A stretch of 64,000 nt of DNA, taken from the NCBI GenBank assembly GCA_951406725.2, contig CATOCA020000020.1, positions 1-64,000 on the forward strand, in the 5' to 3' direction. The notes below the pieces were generated by a model. The model was not told the DNA's origin and did no database searches. It was given only the letters and a program-made list of their open reading frames with translations. Both the position numbers and the translations under genes were made by a program. This DNA is from Octopus vulgaris (Eukaryota). Positions 34,604 to 46,860 of this stretch are shown one piece after another; within the stretch, counting starts at the first letter, position 1, and every line of letters starts with the position of its first letter.

Positions 34604-35117
34604 TTTGTAATGTGTGTGTGCAAAAAATGTCAATTTCAAAAGGATAGACAGTAATTTCACCCCGAATGGGGCAAAATTTCGCCCAACCGACGAGCTCCGC
34701 AAGAAGCCGGTCGGTTTGGCTACAAAAATATTAAAAAATATTCAAGCTTATTAAAAAATTTCCAATAAAATTGGCACAAAACTCACAGAGCTGATTCACG
34801 TACGTCCATCGGCGTCGGAAGGAATAATAATAATAATCAATTCTTTTTTATTGGCCACAAGGGCTGACACGCATGATTACATAAAGGGACAAGACAGGAC
34901 GAAAGGTTACAAAGGGTTTTGTCCGTTTTTTAAAAACATCGAGTAAAAATCTTTATAACAACTTATAAAATTCAACAATGAAAAACTCCCAAAAGGGGGA
35001 GACGTCTCGAAATGTTCCCGGTGGAAAAAACCCTACAAAAGCCAACGGGAGCCTGGTCAAAAAGGGGGTGTAGAGAGTCCCCTTTCTTCTCCTTTTACAT
35101 TACCTTTTTCTTTGAAA

Positions 35118-38100
35118 TCACAGGCGAAACCTGAGAACTGGTCCATTTATACAGGCCAGTCTCGCACAATTCACCCACCTTTCATAAAACTTGCTATCGG
35201 ACAGCACTTTCCTCTCTAACCTCATCTTCCTTTTCAAGTGAAACTTGAAAAAGTTGATGAGGCCTTGACCAAAGAGGAAAGTGTCTGACTTTAGCCCTTT
35301 CAAACGAGTCCACCACACGACTTCTTTCGCCACAGCCACAAGGCACAAGAAAACGGCCTCGCCCTCCTTGTTAAAGGAGGTCGGCGGGGCAATCTTCACT
35401 ATGGATTCGGCCGATAGTCGGATCCGTCCTACACGTGACAGTAGCTGTTCGACATAAACCCATATTTCAGCAATACTCGGGCACTGGACGAGTGCGTGCA
35501 GAACGGTTTCGTCGTCCTGGCAACACCTCGGGCAGGCCCGGCTGACGGCACTTCCGTGCCGGTAGAGTTTATCTCGAACAGGCAGAGCCCCTCGGTAGCA
35601 CTGCCAGGCGAGAGACCTCTGGAAATTATCCATCGGCCCCGGCCCGAAAGTCCTCCCGAACAGACCGCTCAGTTCGTCGTCTTCAACGCCTAGAGTTTCC
35701 CCGAGAACGTCGTCGCATTTTTCCTCCACTAACCCTCTATAGAACGCTAGAGTGGAGCTGTAACCGACCGCATTGCCCGCCTGGTGGAGGGCGGAGAGGG
35801 CTTGACGGCACTCGAGGTGCCAAGCGCCCTTTCTCGGTCTACGTTTGATCCAGGTCTGCAGCTCCGTCAAAGAGACGAGCTGCGGAAAATCGCGTCTGAC
35901 AAAAGACGACCACACCTGTTCACCGTCTAGGAAGCGCTTGAGATGCCGCAGCCTGAGCGCATGTCTGCGCAACAGCAACCACGGCATTCCAAGGCCTCCG
36001 TTCAGCGGTCGTTGACAGCAGATGGATCGCCTGACCAGTGGCACCTGACCCTTCCACAAAAAGTCGAAGAGCAGGTGTACCAGCTTGGCCAACCAGCGGT
36101 CGGGACAAGGGACGACGGTCAAGCGGTAATAGATGACGGATGCGATGTACGCATTCGCCACCTCCGCTCGACCTTTCAGGGACAGCTTCCTCTCGGCCCA
36201 TTTCTGGGTGAGACGTGCCACCCTGCTCGTCACCTCTTCCCAGTTCTTATCCACCTGGAGGTCCGGACCGAACCAGACCCCGAGCAGTTTAACGGGTCCG
36301 TCTGTCCAGCGCCCTACGACGCTGTTGGACGGCATGGGCTTGCCTCTCCAGGTGCCCAGTTGCAAGCCCACAGACTTTTCCGCGTTAATCTTTGCCCCTG
36401 TCACCGCTTCGTACTGGTTTAGCGTCTCGCCAATCAGGCCAATGTGCCTGTGGCTCGACACCACCACGGTGACGTCGTCGGCATAAGCAGACACGCTGTT
36501 TCCGCCTCCTAGATCGCGCGGGATGCCCCTCAAAGCCTCCAACTTGCGCAGTAATGGCTCGAGAGTCAAAATGTACAAGAGGGAGGAGAGAGGGCATCCT
36601 TGGCGGACCGAACGCGAGATGTCGAACGGTTCCGAAAGGTGACCGTTCACCCGTATCACCGAGCAGATGTTGCTGTATAAAGCAGCGATCCACCCGCGGA
36701 AGACTGGACCGAAGCCGGCTGCCTTGAGGACAGCTGCCAGGTACCGATGGTCGACCCTATCGAAGGCTTTACTCTGATCCAAGTTGATCAAAGCCCCACC
36801 CGCGCCAGCGTCGTTACCCACCCTCTCTATGATGTAGCGCATGAGATGGAGGTTGTCGTGTATCGACCTGGTCGGCACGGCGCATGTCTGCGTCCCGCCG
36901 ACCAGCTTGTCCACGACAAGCGCCAATCTCTTGGCTAGCACCTTGGCCAAAATCTTCAACTCTGCATTGAGCAGAGTGATGGGCCGGAAATTGCCTATAA
37001 CGTCCCCCTTGTTTGGGTCCTTCTTTAGCAAAGCCACCACCCCTCGACAGACAAAAGCAGGAATTCTCCCGTTTTGCTGCCAGTTGCAGTAGACGTTTGC
37101 CAACAGGTCCGCAAACAAGTCTGGCATTGAAAAGTAAAGCTCGTAGGGCAGACCATCCAAACCCGGCGATCTACCTCTCGTGCAACTCTTCATCGCTTCC
37201 TGTACTTCCCAGGCAGATATCGGTCCTTCGCAGCACTCTGCCTCGCTGTCCGAGAGTTGCGGCAGTCCGTCCAGGTACACACCGAAGTCTGTACCGTTGG
37301 TGTCCGTTCCACCGCTCGTCCCAAACAGTTGAGCAAAGTGCCGCTGAAGTACCGTACACATCTGCTTCGGTTGGGTAACCTCGCGCCCGTTCTGGTCCAC
37401 CAAAGACCGAATGGTTGCTCTGTTGCCTCGCTTCGCCTCCGCCACGCGGGCCCATCGAGCGGCTCTAGTCCCCTCCCCGCTTAGCGAACGTGCCTTAGCT
37501 CTGACAACGCAGCCTTCGTGTTTGGCGTCGAAGTGTTGGTCGAGGGCCAACCTTGCCGCCAACACGTCGGTCGCGATGCCAGTGTCAAGAGCCTCGTCTA
37601 GTTTCTTAACTAAATCCCGCTCTCTCTTCCTACGTTCAATAGCTAGAGTCTTACTATACCTAATCGACTCTACTCTAATTGCTCTCTTGAGGGCAAACCA
37701 CCAGTTGTTGTTGATGATTGCCCCCGTGAGCGCCCGCTTAACTAGTAAACTAATCCGGTCTCTGTAAGCTTTGCACGCCGTTAACGACGCGTTCAGCTTC
37801 CAGTAGCCGGGTCCCTGTCTATGTAGCCTATCTAAGTCGACCGTACAGATCACTAATTTGTGGTCCGTATATTCGACTAGGTGGAATTGTGGACACCCTA
37901 CGCTGTCCTTATCCGCTGGCCTACAAAACACTCTATCTAAGTACGATCTAGACGACCCGATGCGGTTTGTCCAAGTCCACATTGGCACATTCGGGTTGTC
38001 TAGTCGAAACCTGTCGGACAGCTGAAAGCGGCCGAGTAGGTTGGCGAGGCTCTTGCACCCACCCCCTCTCCTAACAGACGCTCCCCTGCCCACCCGATCG

Positions 38101-38552
38101 AAACGTTCGTCTAAGACAGCGTTCCAATCCCCAACTAGTACTAGAGTGCGTGACGTTCCCAGGAAAACTTCCAGACGTTTGAAATAATCCGACTGCCCTG
38201 CTCCTGTCGGAGCGTAGGCAGCCAGCAGTCTGAAAGCACCGCCGTCACTACCGTCCACGTCGAGGACCACCAACTTACCTTCCGGATCCAAGAAGACTGT
38301 TCTTATTTTCAGGTCCAGGCCCTTCCGAAACAACACCGCAGTACCACCACCGCCCGCTCCCGGCCGACACGGAGATAGAAATATCTCGTATCCGCCGAAA
38401 AGGGCTGCGAGTTCCTGCGGGTCGGAGAGCCTGGTTTCACTGATGGCTGCTATATCCACATCATGAAACCTCAGGTCGTTTAACAGGTGACCCTGTTTCC
38501 AAGGTGACCCGAGGCCTCTCACATTCAAGCAACCGATTCTAAGATTTGCCAT
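35118..38552 (-). CDS. ORF2 APE endonuclease / reverse transcriptase, 1144 aa, intact
   Basis: Same translation as 5782..9216. Confidence 0.97.
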   Translation of the reverse strand: MANLRIGCLNVRGLGSPWKQGHLLNDLRFHDVDIAAISETRLSDPQELAALFGGYEIFLSPCRPGAGGGGTAVLFRKGLDLKIRTVFLDPEGKLVVLDVDGSDGGAFRLLAAYAPTGAGQSDYFKRLEVFLGTSRTLVLVGDWNAVLDERFDRVGRGASVRRGGGCKSLANLLGRFQLSDRFRLDNPNVPMWTWTNRIGSSRSYLDRVFCRPADKDSVGCPQFHLVEYTDHKLVICTVDLDRLHRQGPGYWKLNASLTACKAYRDRISLLVKRALTGAIINNNWWFALKRAIRVESIRYSKTLAIERRKRERDLVKKLDEALDTGIATDVLAARLALDQHFDAKHEGCVVRAKARSLSGEGTRAARWARVAEAKRGNRATIRSLVDQNGREVTQPKQMCTVLQRHFAQLFGTSGGTDTNGTDFGVYLDGLPQLSDSEAECCEGPISAWEVQEAMKSCTRGRSPGLDGLPYELYFSMPDLFADLLANVYCNWQQNGRIPAFVCRGVVALLKKDPNKGDVIGNFRPITLLNAELKILAKVLAKRLALVVDKLVGGTQTCAVPTRSIHDNLHLMRYIIERVGNDAGAGGALINLDQSKAFDRVDHRYLAAVLKAAGFGPVFRGWIAALYSNICSVIRVNGHLSEPFDISRSVRQGCPLSSLLYILTLEPLLRKLEALRGIPRDLGGGNSVSAYADDVTVVVSSHRHIGLIGETLNQYEAVTGAKINAEKSVGLQLGTWRGKPMPSNSVVGRWTDGPVKLLGVWFGPDLQVDKNWEEVTSRVARLTQKWAERKLSLKGRAEVANAYIASVIYYRLTVVPCPDRWLAKLVHLLFDFLWKGQVPLVRRSICCQRPLNGGLGMPWLLLRRHALRLRHLKRFLDGEQVWSSFVRRDFPQLVSLTELQTWIKRRPRKGAWHLECRQALSALHQAGNAVGYSSTLAFYRGLVEEKCDDVLGETLGVEDDELSGLFGRTFGPGPMDNFQRSLAWQCYRGALPVRDKLYRHGSAVSRACPRCCQDDETVLHALVQCPSIAEIWVYVEQLLSRVGRIRLSAESIVKIAPPTSFNKEGEAVFLCLVAVAKEVVWWTRLKGLKSDTFLFGQGLINFFKFHLKRKMRLERKVLSDSKFYERWVNCARLACINGPVLRFRL

Positions 38553-38590
38553 GTCTCAAGAATTAGGGAAAAAAAAGGAGAAAAAAGGCT

Positions 38591-39412
38591 CTACTTACTG
38601 TTGTTGGTGGTGGGGGTGGCTCCCTTGTGCTTTTGCACGGGTGCTTCAATAATATTTTTGTAAAGTTTCTGAGAGAAACTTTTCCCTAACGATCCCACAT
38701 CGTTAGGGAATATTTGTTTTATTTCATTGTACACTGTTTTGTTTATTTTTATTGTGAGAATGTGTGCTGGTGGTGTGTTGTGTGTAGGTATTATGAAATC
38801 TGTAATGTTTGTGCTTGTTTTGTTTTTCAAATACTCAACCAGTTCCTGGTTTCTTGTATTCACTGCTGTAATCGTGTCTGTAATTGTGTCTGTGTTTGTT
38901 TGTGTCTGTGGTAGTGGCAGTAGTGGTGTCGAAAGTGTTGTTGTTGTTGTTTGTTGTTGTGAGTGTGTGTTGTTGTTGATGTTGTTGTTGATGTTGGGAA
39001 GTACTATTTGTTCGTGCTTCCCCTGTAAAACTTTTTGTTTTTTCCTCCTTTTCTTTTTTGGAGGTACTATATTCCATTCTCCTTTGTTGGAATCCGAGCT
39101 CGCACAATCCGAGATCTCTTCATCCGGCAAAGGAATGGTTGAGGGTCTGCTTCAGTAGCAGGACGAAAAGTTTTAGGTTCCGCCGGTATCGGTGGTGCCG
39201 CTGCTCCTGTTACTGTTGATGTCGCTGCTGTCGACCTTCGAGGTACTGGTGTCGGTGTTGGTTTGGTGGTGGTTGTCGGTGTTGGTTTGGTGGTGGTTGT
39301 TGTTGTTGGAGGTGGTGTTGTTCGTCTTGGTGCTGGTGTTGGTGATGGTGTTGGTGGTGTGGCAGCCTTTGGTTTTTCTTGCTGTTTTTGTTGTTTCTGT
39401 TGTTGTTGCTTG

Positions 39413-39443
<31 letters not shown>

Positions 39444-40474
39444 GCTGCTGCCTCTTGCTATACTCCTCCATTCTCTTTTTTTGAATGGGGCAGTCCCTTT
39501 TTAGGTGGCTTTCGCTACTGCAGAGGAAACATTTTGGCTTTCGCCCCTCTACAATAACATTTAGCCTGGTCCCATCCAGCAAGATGACAAAGTCAGGTAT
39601 GGCATTGATGTTTTCCTGCTGGATCTGTACCAGCAGTTGAATACCCATGCCTGACCAGTTCTTTTCTCGTACCCTCCGAACATTCAGAATAGTGGCAGTG
39701 TCCTCTATGCCATAGAGGACAGCCGCCACTAGCCATGAGATTTTCTGTTCGGGGGTATTGTGCTTATAGTTATTTTTTGTACCTTACGCCCGAGGTACGT
39801 CGGGACGAGGAACAAATGTTCATTTTGCAAGGGCGAAATGGCGTTTGCCCTTGCAAGCTCCTCTGTTGGGAAGCGAACCTCCACGGTTCCAAATCGCTTC
39901 CCTCTTGTCACATAGCTCTTCTGGCCCCAAATGGGCTTCAGAGCCATCTCCAACTGTTGTGGTGTGGCGTTAAACAATCTTTTAGTTTTCTTTTCGAAGA
40001 CTTTATAAAAGATTGTTCTTTTGCTTGTTTCTTGTGTGAGTTGTTGAGGTGTGTTGAGGAAAACACTGTTCCCCTCCTTTCTCAACAAATCTTGTGCCAT
40101 TTTTATGTCCTCCATTGTAATTTCTACATCTTCCGAAATTTGCTTCGCAGCAGAAGCAAAATCGTTAGAAGCTTTTACAGTTTTTTGTTGGTTCTTGTCT
40201 GTGTTTGTGTCTGTTATAATTTTCTTTACCTCCCCCTTCGGTACAGCATCACTTGTTGAAGGCAGAGGGGGAAATCAAGAGTGACGTCGAACGCGACGTC
40301 CTGGCATGCATTCTCCTTTTGAACCGAGCGCGTGCTCTCCGGTTCGGAAGGAGGAGCTTTGTTGCCTTTTACGGCCTGAAATGGGTTGTACGTAACCCGT
40401 GACGTTATTTTTTTTGTTCTTGTAGGGGGTGTTGCAAGAAGGAGGGAAGAGCCAGCAGCTCGTTTTAGTGCCAT
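38591..40474 (-). CDS. ORF1, type A, apparent frameshifts
   Basis: Pieces 38591..39130, 39067..39729, 39729..40115, 40226..40573; breaks at G runs. Confidence 0.86.
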
Positions 40475-40992
40475 TTTGTAATGTGTGTGTGCAAAAAATG
40501 TCAATTTCAAAAGGATAGACAGTAATTTCACCCCGAATGGGGCAAAATTTCGCCCAACCGACGAGCTCCGCAAGAAGCCGGTCGGTTTGGCTACAAAAAT
40601 ATTAAAAAATATTCAAGCTTATTAAAAAATTTCCAACAAAATTGGCACAAAACTCACGGAGCTGATTCACGTACGTCCATCGGCGTCGGAAGGAATAATA
40701 ATAATAATCAATTCTTTTTTATTGGCCACAAGGGCTGACACGCATGATTACATAAAGGGACAAGACAGGACGAAAGGTTACAAAGGGTTTTGTCCGTTTT
40801 TTAAAAACATCCGAGTAAAAATCTTTATAACAATGATTATTAAAATTCAACAATGAAAAACTCCCAAAAGGGGGAGACGTCTCGAAATGTTCCCGGTGGA
40901 AAAAACCCTACAAAAGCCAACGGGAGCCTGGTCAAAAAGGGGGTGTAGAGAGTCCCCTTTCTTCTCCTTTTACATTACCTTTTTCTTTGAAA

Positions 40993-43900
40993 TCACAGGC
41001 GAAACCTGAGAACTGGTCCATTTATACAGGCCAGTCTCGCACAATTCACCCACCTTTCATAAAACTTGCTATCGGACAGCACTTTCCTCTCTAACCTCAT
41101 CTTCCTTTTCAAGTGAAACTTGAAAAAGTTGATGAGGCCTTGACCAAAGAGGAAAGTGTCTGACTTTAGCCCTTTCAAACGAGTCCACCACACGACTTCT
41201 TTCGCCACAGCCACAAGGCACAAGAAAACGGCCTCGCCCTCCTTGTTAAAGGAGGTCGGCGGGGCAATCTTCACTATGGATTCGGCCGATAGTCGGATCC
41301 GTCCTACACGTGACAGTAGCTGTTCGACATAAACCCATATTTCAGCAATACTCGGGCACTGGACGAGTGCGTGCAGAACGGTTTCGTCGTCCTGGCAACA
41401 CCTCGGGCAGGCCCGGCTGACGGCACTTCCGTGCCGGTAGAGTTTATCTCGAACAGGCAGAGCCCCTCGGTAGCACTGCCAGGCGAGAGACCTCTGGAAA
41501 TTATCCATCGGCCCCGGCCCGAAAGTCCTCCCGAACAGACCGCTCAGTTCGTCGTCTTCAACGCCTAGAGTTTCCCCGAGAACGTCGTCGCATTTTTCCT
41601 CCACTAACCCTCTATAGAACGCTAGAGTGGAGCTGTAACCGACCGCATTGCCCGCCTGGTGGAGGGCGGAGAGGGCTTGACGGCACTCGAGGTGCCAAGC
41701 GCCCTTTCTCGGTCTACGTTTGATCCAGGTCTGCAGCTCCGTCAAAGAGACGAGCTGCGGAAAATCGCGTCTGACAAAAGACGACCACACCTGTTCACCG
41801 TCTAGGAAGCGCTTGAGATGCCGCAGCCTGAGCGCATGTCTGCGCAACAGCAACCACGGCATTCCAAGGCCTCCGTTCAGCGGTCGTTGACAGCAGATGG
41901 ATCGCCTGACCAGTGGCACCTGACCCTTCCACAAAAAGTCGAAGAGCAGGTGTACCAGCTTGGCCAACCAGCGGTCGGGACAAGGGACGACGGTCAAGCG
42001 GTAATAGATGACGGATGCGATGTACGCATTCGCCACCTCCGCTCGACCTTTCAGGGACAGCTTCCTCTCGGCCCATTTCTGGGTGAGACGTGCCACCCTG
42101 CTCGTCACCTCTTCCCAGTTCTTATCCACCTGGAGGTCCGGACCGAACCAGACCCCGAGCAGTTTAACGGGTCCGTCTGTCCAGCGCCCTACGACGCTGT
42201 TGGACGGCATGGGCTTGCCTCTCCAGGTGCCCAGTTGCAAGCCCACAGACTTTTCCGCGTTAATCTTTGCCCCTGTCACCGCTTCGTACTGGTTTAGCGT
42301 CTCGCCAATCAGGCCAATGTGCCTGTGGCTCGACACCACCACGGTGACGTCGTCGGCATAAGCAGACACGCTGTTTCCGCCTCCTAGATCGCGCGGGATG
42401 CCCCTCAAAGCCTCCAACTTGCGCAGTAATGGCTCGAGAGTCAAAATGTACAAGAGGGAGGAGAGAGGGCATCCTTGGCGGACCGAACGCGAGATGTCGA
42501 ACGGTTCCGAAAGGTGACCGTTCACCCGTATCACCGAGCAGATGTTGCTGTATAAAGCAGCGATCCACCCGCGGAAGACTGGACCGAAGCCGGCTGCCTT
42601 GAGGACAGCTGCCAGGTACCGATGGTCGACCCTATCGAAGGCTTTACTCTGATCCAAGTTGATCAAAGCCCCACCCGCGCCAGCGTCGTTACCCACCCTC
42701 TCTATGATGTAGCGCATGAGATGGAGGTTGTCGTGTATCGACCTGGTCGGCACGGCGCATGTCTGCGTCCCGCCGACCAGCTTGTCCACGACAAGCGCCA
42801 ATCTCTTGGCTAGCACCTTGGCCAAAATCTTCAACTCTGCATTGAGCAGAGTGATGGGCCGGAAATTGCCTATAACGTCCCCCTTGTTTGGGTCCTTCTT
42901 TAGCAAAGCCACCACCCCTCGACAGACAAAAGCAGGAATTCTCCCGTTTTGCTGCCAGTTGCAGTAGACGTTTGCCAACAGGTCCGCAAACAAGTCTGGC
43001 ATTGAAAAGTAAAGCTCGTAGGGCAGACCATCCAAACCCGGCGATCTACCTCTCGTGCAACTCTTCATCGCTTCCTGTACTTCCCAGGCAGATATCGGTC
43101 CTTCGCAGCACTCTGCCTCGCTGTCCGAGAGTTGCGGCAGTCCGTCCAGGTACACACCGAAGTCTGTACCGTTGGTGTCCGTTCCACCGCTCGTCCCAAA
43201 CAGTTGAGCAAAGTGCCGCTGAAGTACCGTACACATCTGCTTCGGTTGGGTAACCTCGCGCCCGTTCTGGTCCACCAAAGACCGAATGGTTGCTCTGTTG
43301 CCTCGCTTCGCCTCCGCCACGCGGGCCCATCGAGCGGCTCTAGTCCCCTCCCCGCTTAGCGAACGTGCCTTAGCTCTGACAACGCAGCCTTCGTGTTTGG
43401 CGTCGAAGTGTTGGTCGAGGGCCAACCTTGCCGCCAACACGTCGGTCGCGATGCCAGTGTCAAGAGCCTCGTCTAGTTTCTTAACTAAATCCCGCTCTCT
43501 CTTCCTACGTTCAATAGCTAGAGTCTTACTATACCTAATCGACTCTACTCTAATTGCTCTCTTGAGGGCAAACCACCAGTTGTTGTTGATGATTGCCCCC
43601 GTGAGCGCCCGCTTAACTAGTAAACTAATCCGGTCTCTGTAAGCTTTGCACGCCGTTAACGACGCGTTCAGCTTCCAGTAGCCGGGTCCCTGTCTATGTA
43701 GCCTATCTAAGTCGACCGTACAGATCACTAATTTGTGGTCCGTATATTCGACTAGGTGGAATTGTGGACACCCTACGCTGTCCTTATCCGCTGGCCTACA
43801 AAACACTCTATCTAAGTACGATCTAGACGACCCGATGCGGTTTGTCCAAGTCCACATTGGCACATTCGGGTTGTCTAGTCGAAACCTGTCGGACAGCTGA

Positions 43901-44427
43901 AAGCGGCCGAGTAGGTTGGCGAGGCTCTTGCACCCACCCCCTCTCCTAACAGACGCTCCCCTGCCCACCCGATCGAAACGTTCGTCTAAGACAGCGTTCC
44001 AATCCCCAACTAGTACTAGAGTGCGTGACGTTCCCAGGAAAACTTCCAGACGTTTGAAATAATCCGACTGCCCTGCTCCTGTCGGAGCGTAGGCAGCCAG
44101 CAGTCTGAAAGCACCGCCGTCACTACCGTCCACGTCGAGGACCACCAACTTACCTTCCGGATCCAAGAAGACTGTTCTTATTTTCAGGTCCAGGCCCTTC
44201 CGAAACAACACCGCAGTACCACCACCGCCCGCTCCCGGCCGACACGGAGATAGAAATATCTCGTATCCGCCGAAAAGGGCTGCGAGTTCCTGCGGGTCGG
44301 AGAGCCTGGTTTCACTGATGGCTGCTACATCCACATCATGAAACCTCAGGTCGTTTAACAGGTGACCCTGTTTCCAAGGTGACCCGAGGCCTCTCACATT
44401 CAAGCAACCGATTCTAAGATTTGCCAT
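40993..44427 (-). CDS. ORF2 APE endonuclease / reverse transcriptase, 1144 aa, intact
   Basis: As 5782..9216 except DVDVAA for DVDIAA. Confidence 0.97.
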   Translation of the reverse strand: MANLRIGCLNVRGLGSPWKQGHLLNDLRFHDVDVAAISETRLSDPQELAALFGGYEIFLSPCRPGAGGGGTAVLFRKGLDLKIRTVFLDPEGKLVVLDVDGSDGGAFRLLAAYAPTGAGQSDYFKRLEVFLGTSRTLVLVGDWNAVLDERFDRVGRGASVRRGGGCKSLANLLGRFQLSDRFRLDNPNVPMWTWTNRIGSSRSYLDRVFCRPADKDSVGCPQFHLVEYTDHKLVICTVDLDRLHRQGPGYWKLNASLTACKAYRDRISLLVKRALTGAIINNNWWFALKRAIRVESIRYSKTLAIERRKRERDLVKKLDEALDTGIATDVLAARLALDQHFDAKHEGCVVRAKARSLSGEGTRAARWARVAEAKRGNRATIRSLVDQNGREVTQPKQMCTVLQRHFAQLFGTSGGTDTNGTDFGVYLDGLPQLSDSEAECCEGPISAWEVQEAMKSCTRGRSPGLDGLPYELYFSMPDLFADLLANVYCNWQQNGRIPAFVCRGVVALLKKDPNKGDVIGNFRPITLLNAELKILAKVLAKRLALVVDKLVGGTQTCAVPTRSIHDNLHLMRYIIERVGNDAGAGGALINLDQSKAFDRVDHRYLAAVLKAAGFGPVFRGWIAALYSNICSVIRVNGHLSEPFDISRSVRQGCPLSSLLYILTLEPLLRKLEALRGIPRDLGGGNSVSAYADDVTVVVSSHRHIGLIGETLNQYEAVTGAKINAEKSVGLQLGTWRGKPMPSNSVVGRWTDGPVKLLGVWFGPDLQVDKNWEEVTSRVARLTQKWAERKLSLKGRAEVANAYIASVIYYRLTVVPCPDRWLAKLVHLLFDFLWKGQVPLVRRSICCQRPLNGGLGMPWLLLRRHALRLRHLKRFLDGEQVWSSFVRRDFPQLVSLTELQTWIKRRPRKGAWHLECRQALSALHQAGNAVGYSSTLAFYRGLVEEKCDDVLGETLGVEDDELSGLFGRTFGPGPMDNFQRSLAWQCYRGALPVRDKLYRHGSAVSRACPRCCQDDETVLHALVQCPSIAEIWVYVEQLLSRVGRIRLSAESIVKIAPPTSFNKEGEAVFLCLVAVAKEVVWWTRLKGLKSDTFLFGQGLINFFKFHLKRKMRLERKVLSDSKFYERWVNCARLACINGPVLRFRL

Positions 44428-44465
44428 GTCTCAAGAATTAGGGAAAAAAAAGGAGAAAAAAGGCT

Positions 44466-46344
44466 CTACTTACTGTTGTTGGTGGTGGGGGTGGCTCCCT
44501 TGTGCTTTTGCACGGGTGCTTCAATAATATTTTTGTAAAGTTTCTGAGAGAAACTTTTCCCTAACGATCCCACATCGTTAGGGAATATTTGTTTTATTTC
44601 ATTGTACACTGTTTTGTTTATTTTTATTGTGAGAATGTGTGCTGGTGGTGTGTTGTGTGTAGGTATTATGAAATCTGTAATGTTTGTGCTTGTTTTGTTT
44701 TTCAAATACTCAACCAGTTCCTGGTTTCTTGTATTCACTGCTGTAATCGTGTCTGTAATTGTGTCTGTGTTTGTTTGTGTCTGTGGTAGTGGCAGTAGTG
44801 GTGTCGAAAGTGTTGTTGTTGTTGTTTGTTGTTGTGAGTGTGTGTTGTTGTTGATGTTGTTGTTGATGTTGGGAAGTACTATTTGTTCGTGCTTCCCCTG
44901 TAAAACTTTTTGTTTTTTCCTCCTTTTCTTTTTTGGAGGTACTATATTCCATTCTCCTTTGTTGGAATCCGAGCTCGCACAATCCGAGATCTCTTCATCC
45001 GGCAAAGGAATGGTTGAGGGTCTGCTTCAGTAGCAGGACGAAAAGTTTTAGGTTCCGCCGGTATCGGTGGTGCCGCTGCTCCTGTTACTGTTGATGTCGC
45101 TGCTGTCGACCTTCGAGGTACTGGTGTCGGTGTTGGTTTGGTGGTGGTTGTCGGTGTTGGTTTGGTGGTGGTTGTTGTTGTTGGAGGTGGTGTTGTTCGT
45201 CTTGGTGCTGGTGTTGGTGATGGTGTTGGTGGTGTGGCAGCCTTTGGTTTTTCTTGCTGTTTTTGTTGTTTCTGTTGTTGTTGCTTGTGTTGTTGTTGTT
45301 GTTGTTGTTGTTGCTGCTGCCTCTTGCTATACTCCTCCATTCTCTTTTTTTGAATGGGGCAGTCCCTTTTAGGTGGCTTTCGCTACTGCAGAGGAAACAT
45401 TTTGGCTTTCGCCCCTCTACAATAACATTTAGCCTGGTCCCATCCAGCAAGATGACAAAGTCAGGTATGGCATTGATGTTTTCCTGCTGGATCTGTACCA
45501 GCAGTTGAATACCCATGCCTGACCAGTTCTTTTCTCGTACCCTCCGAACATTCAGAATAGTGGCAGTGTCCTCTATGCCATAGAGGACAGCCGCCACTAG
45601 CCATGAGATTTTCTGTTCGGGGGGTATTGTGCTTATGGTTATTTTTTGTACCTTACGCCCGAGGTACGTCGGGACGAGGAACAAATGTTCATTTTGCAAG
45701 GGCGAAATGGCGTTCGCCCTTGCAAGCTCCTCTGTTGGGAAGCGAACCTCCACGGTTCCAAATCGCTTCCCTCTTGTCACATAGCTCTTCTGGCCCCAAA
45801 TGGGCTTCAGAGCCATCTCCAACTGTTGTGGTGTGGCGTTAAACAATCTTTTAGTTTTCTTTTCGAAGACTTTATAAAAGATTGTTCTTTTGCTTGTTTC
45901 TTGTGTGAGTTGTTGAGGTGTGTTGAGGAAAACACTGTTCCCCTCCTTTCTCAACAAATCTTGTGCCATTTTTATGTCCTCCATTGTAATTTCTACATCT
46001 TCCGAAATTTGCTTCGCAGCAGAAGCAAAATCGTTAGAAGCTTTTACAGTTTTTTGTTGGTTCTTGTCTGTGTTTGTGTCTGTTATAATTTTCTTTACCT
46101 CCCCCTTCGGTACAGCATCACTTGTTGAAGGCAGAGGGGGAAATCAAGAGTGACGTCGAACGCGACGTCCTGGCATGCATTCTCCTTTTGAACCGAGCGC
46201 GTGCTCTCCGGTTCGGAAGGAGGAGCTTTGTTGCCTTTTACGGCCTGAAATGGGTTGTACGTAACCCGTGACGTTATTTTTTTGTTCTTGTAGGGGGGGT
46301 GTTGCAAGAAGGAGGGAAGAGCCAGCAGCTCGTTTTAGTGCCAT
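44466..46344 (-). CDS. ORF1, type A, apparent frameshifts
   Basis: Pieces 44466..45005, 44942..45340, 45085..45984, 46095..46307. Confidence 0.86.
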
Positions 46345-46860
46345 TTTGTAATGTGTGTGTGCAAAAAATGTCAATTTCAAAAGGATAGACAGTAATTTCA
46401 CCCCGAATGGGGCAAAATTTCGCCCAACCGACGAGCTCCGCAAGAAGCCGGTCGGTTTGGCTACAAAAATATTAAAAAATATTCAAACTTATCAAATGAT
46501 TTCCAATGAAATTGGCACAAATTCACGGAGCTGATTCACGTACGTCCATCGGCGTCGGAAGGAATAATAATAATAATAATCAATTCTTTTTTATTGGCCA
46601 CAAGGGCTGACACGCATGATTACATAAAGGGACAAGACAGGACGAAAGGTTACAAAGGGTTTTGTCCGTTTGTTAAAACATCGAGTAAAAATCTTTATAA
46701 CAACTTATAAAATTCAACAATGAAAAACTCCCAAAAGGGGGAGACGTCTCGAAATGTTCCCGGTGGAAAAAACCCTACAAAAGCCAACGGGAGCCTGGTC
46801 AAAAAAGGGGGTGTAGAGAGTCCCCTTTCTTCTCCTTTTACATTACCTTTTTCTTTGAAA

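Larger units (their letters stand above)
28957..34822 (-). mobile_element. Non-LTR retrotransposon unit 6, full length
   Basis: Collinear with unit 2 between junctions. Confidence 0.95.
34823..40693 (-). mobile_element. Non-LTR retrotransposon unit 7, full length
   Basis: Collinear with unit 2 between junctions. Confidence 0.95.
40694..46562 (-). mobile_element. Non-LTR retrotransposon unit 8, full length
   Basis: Collinear with unit 2 between junctions. Confidence 0.95.
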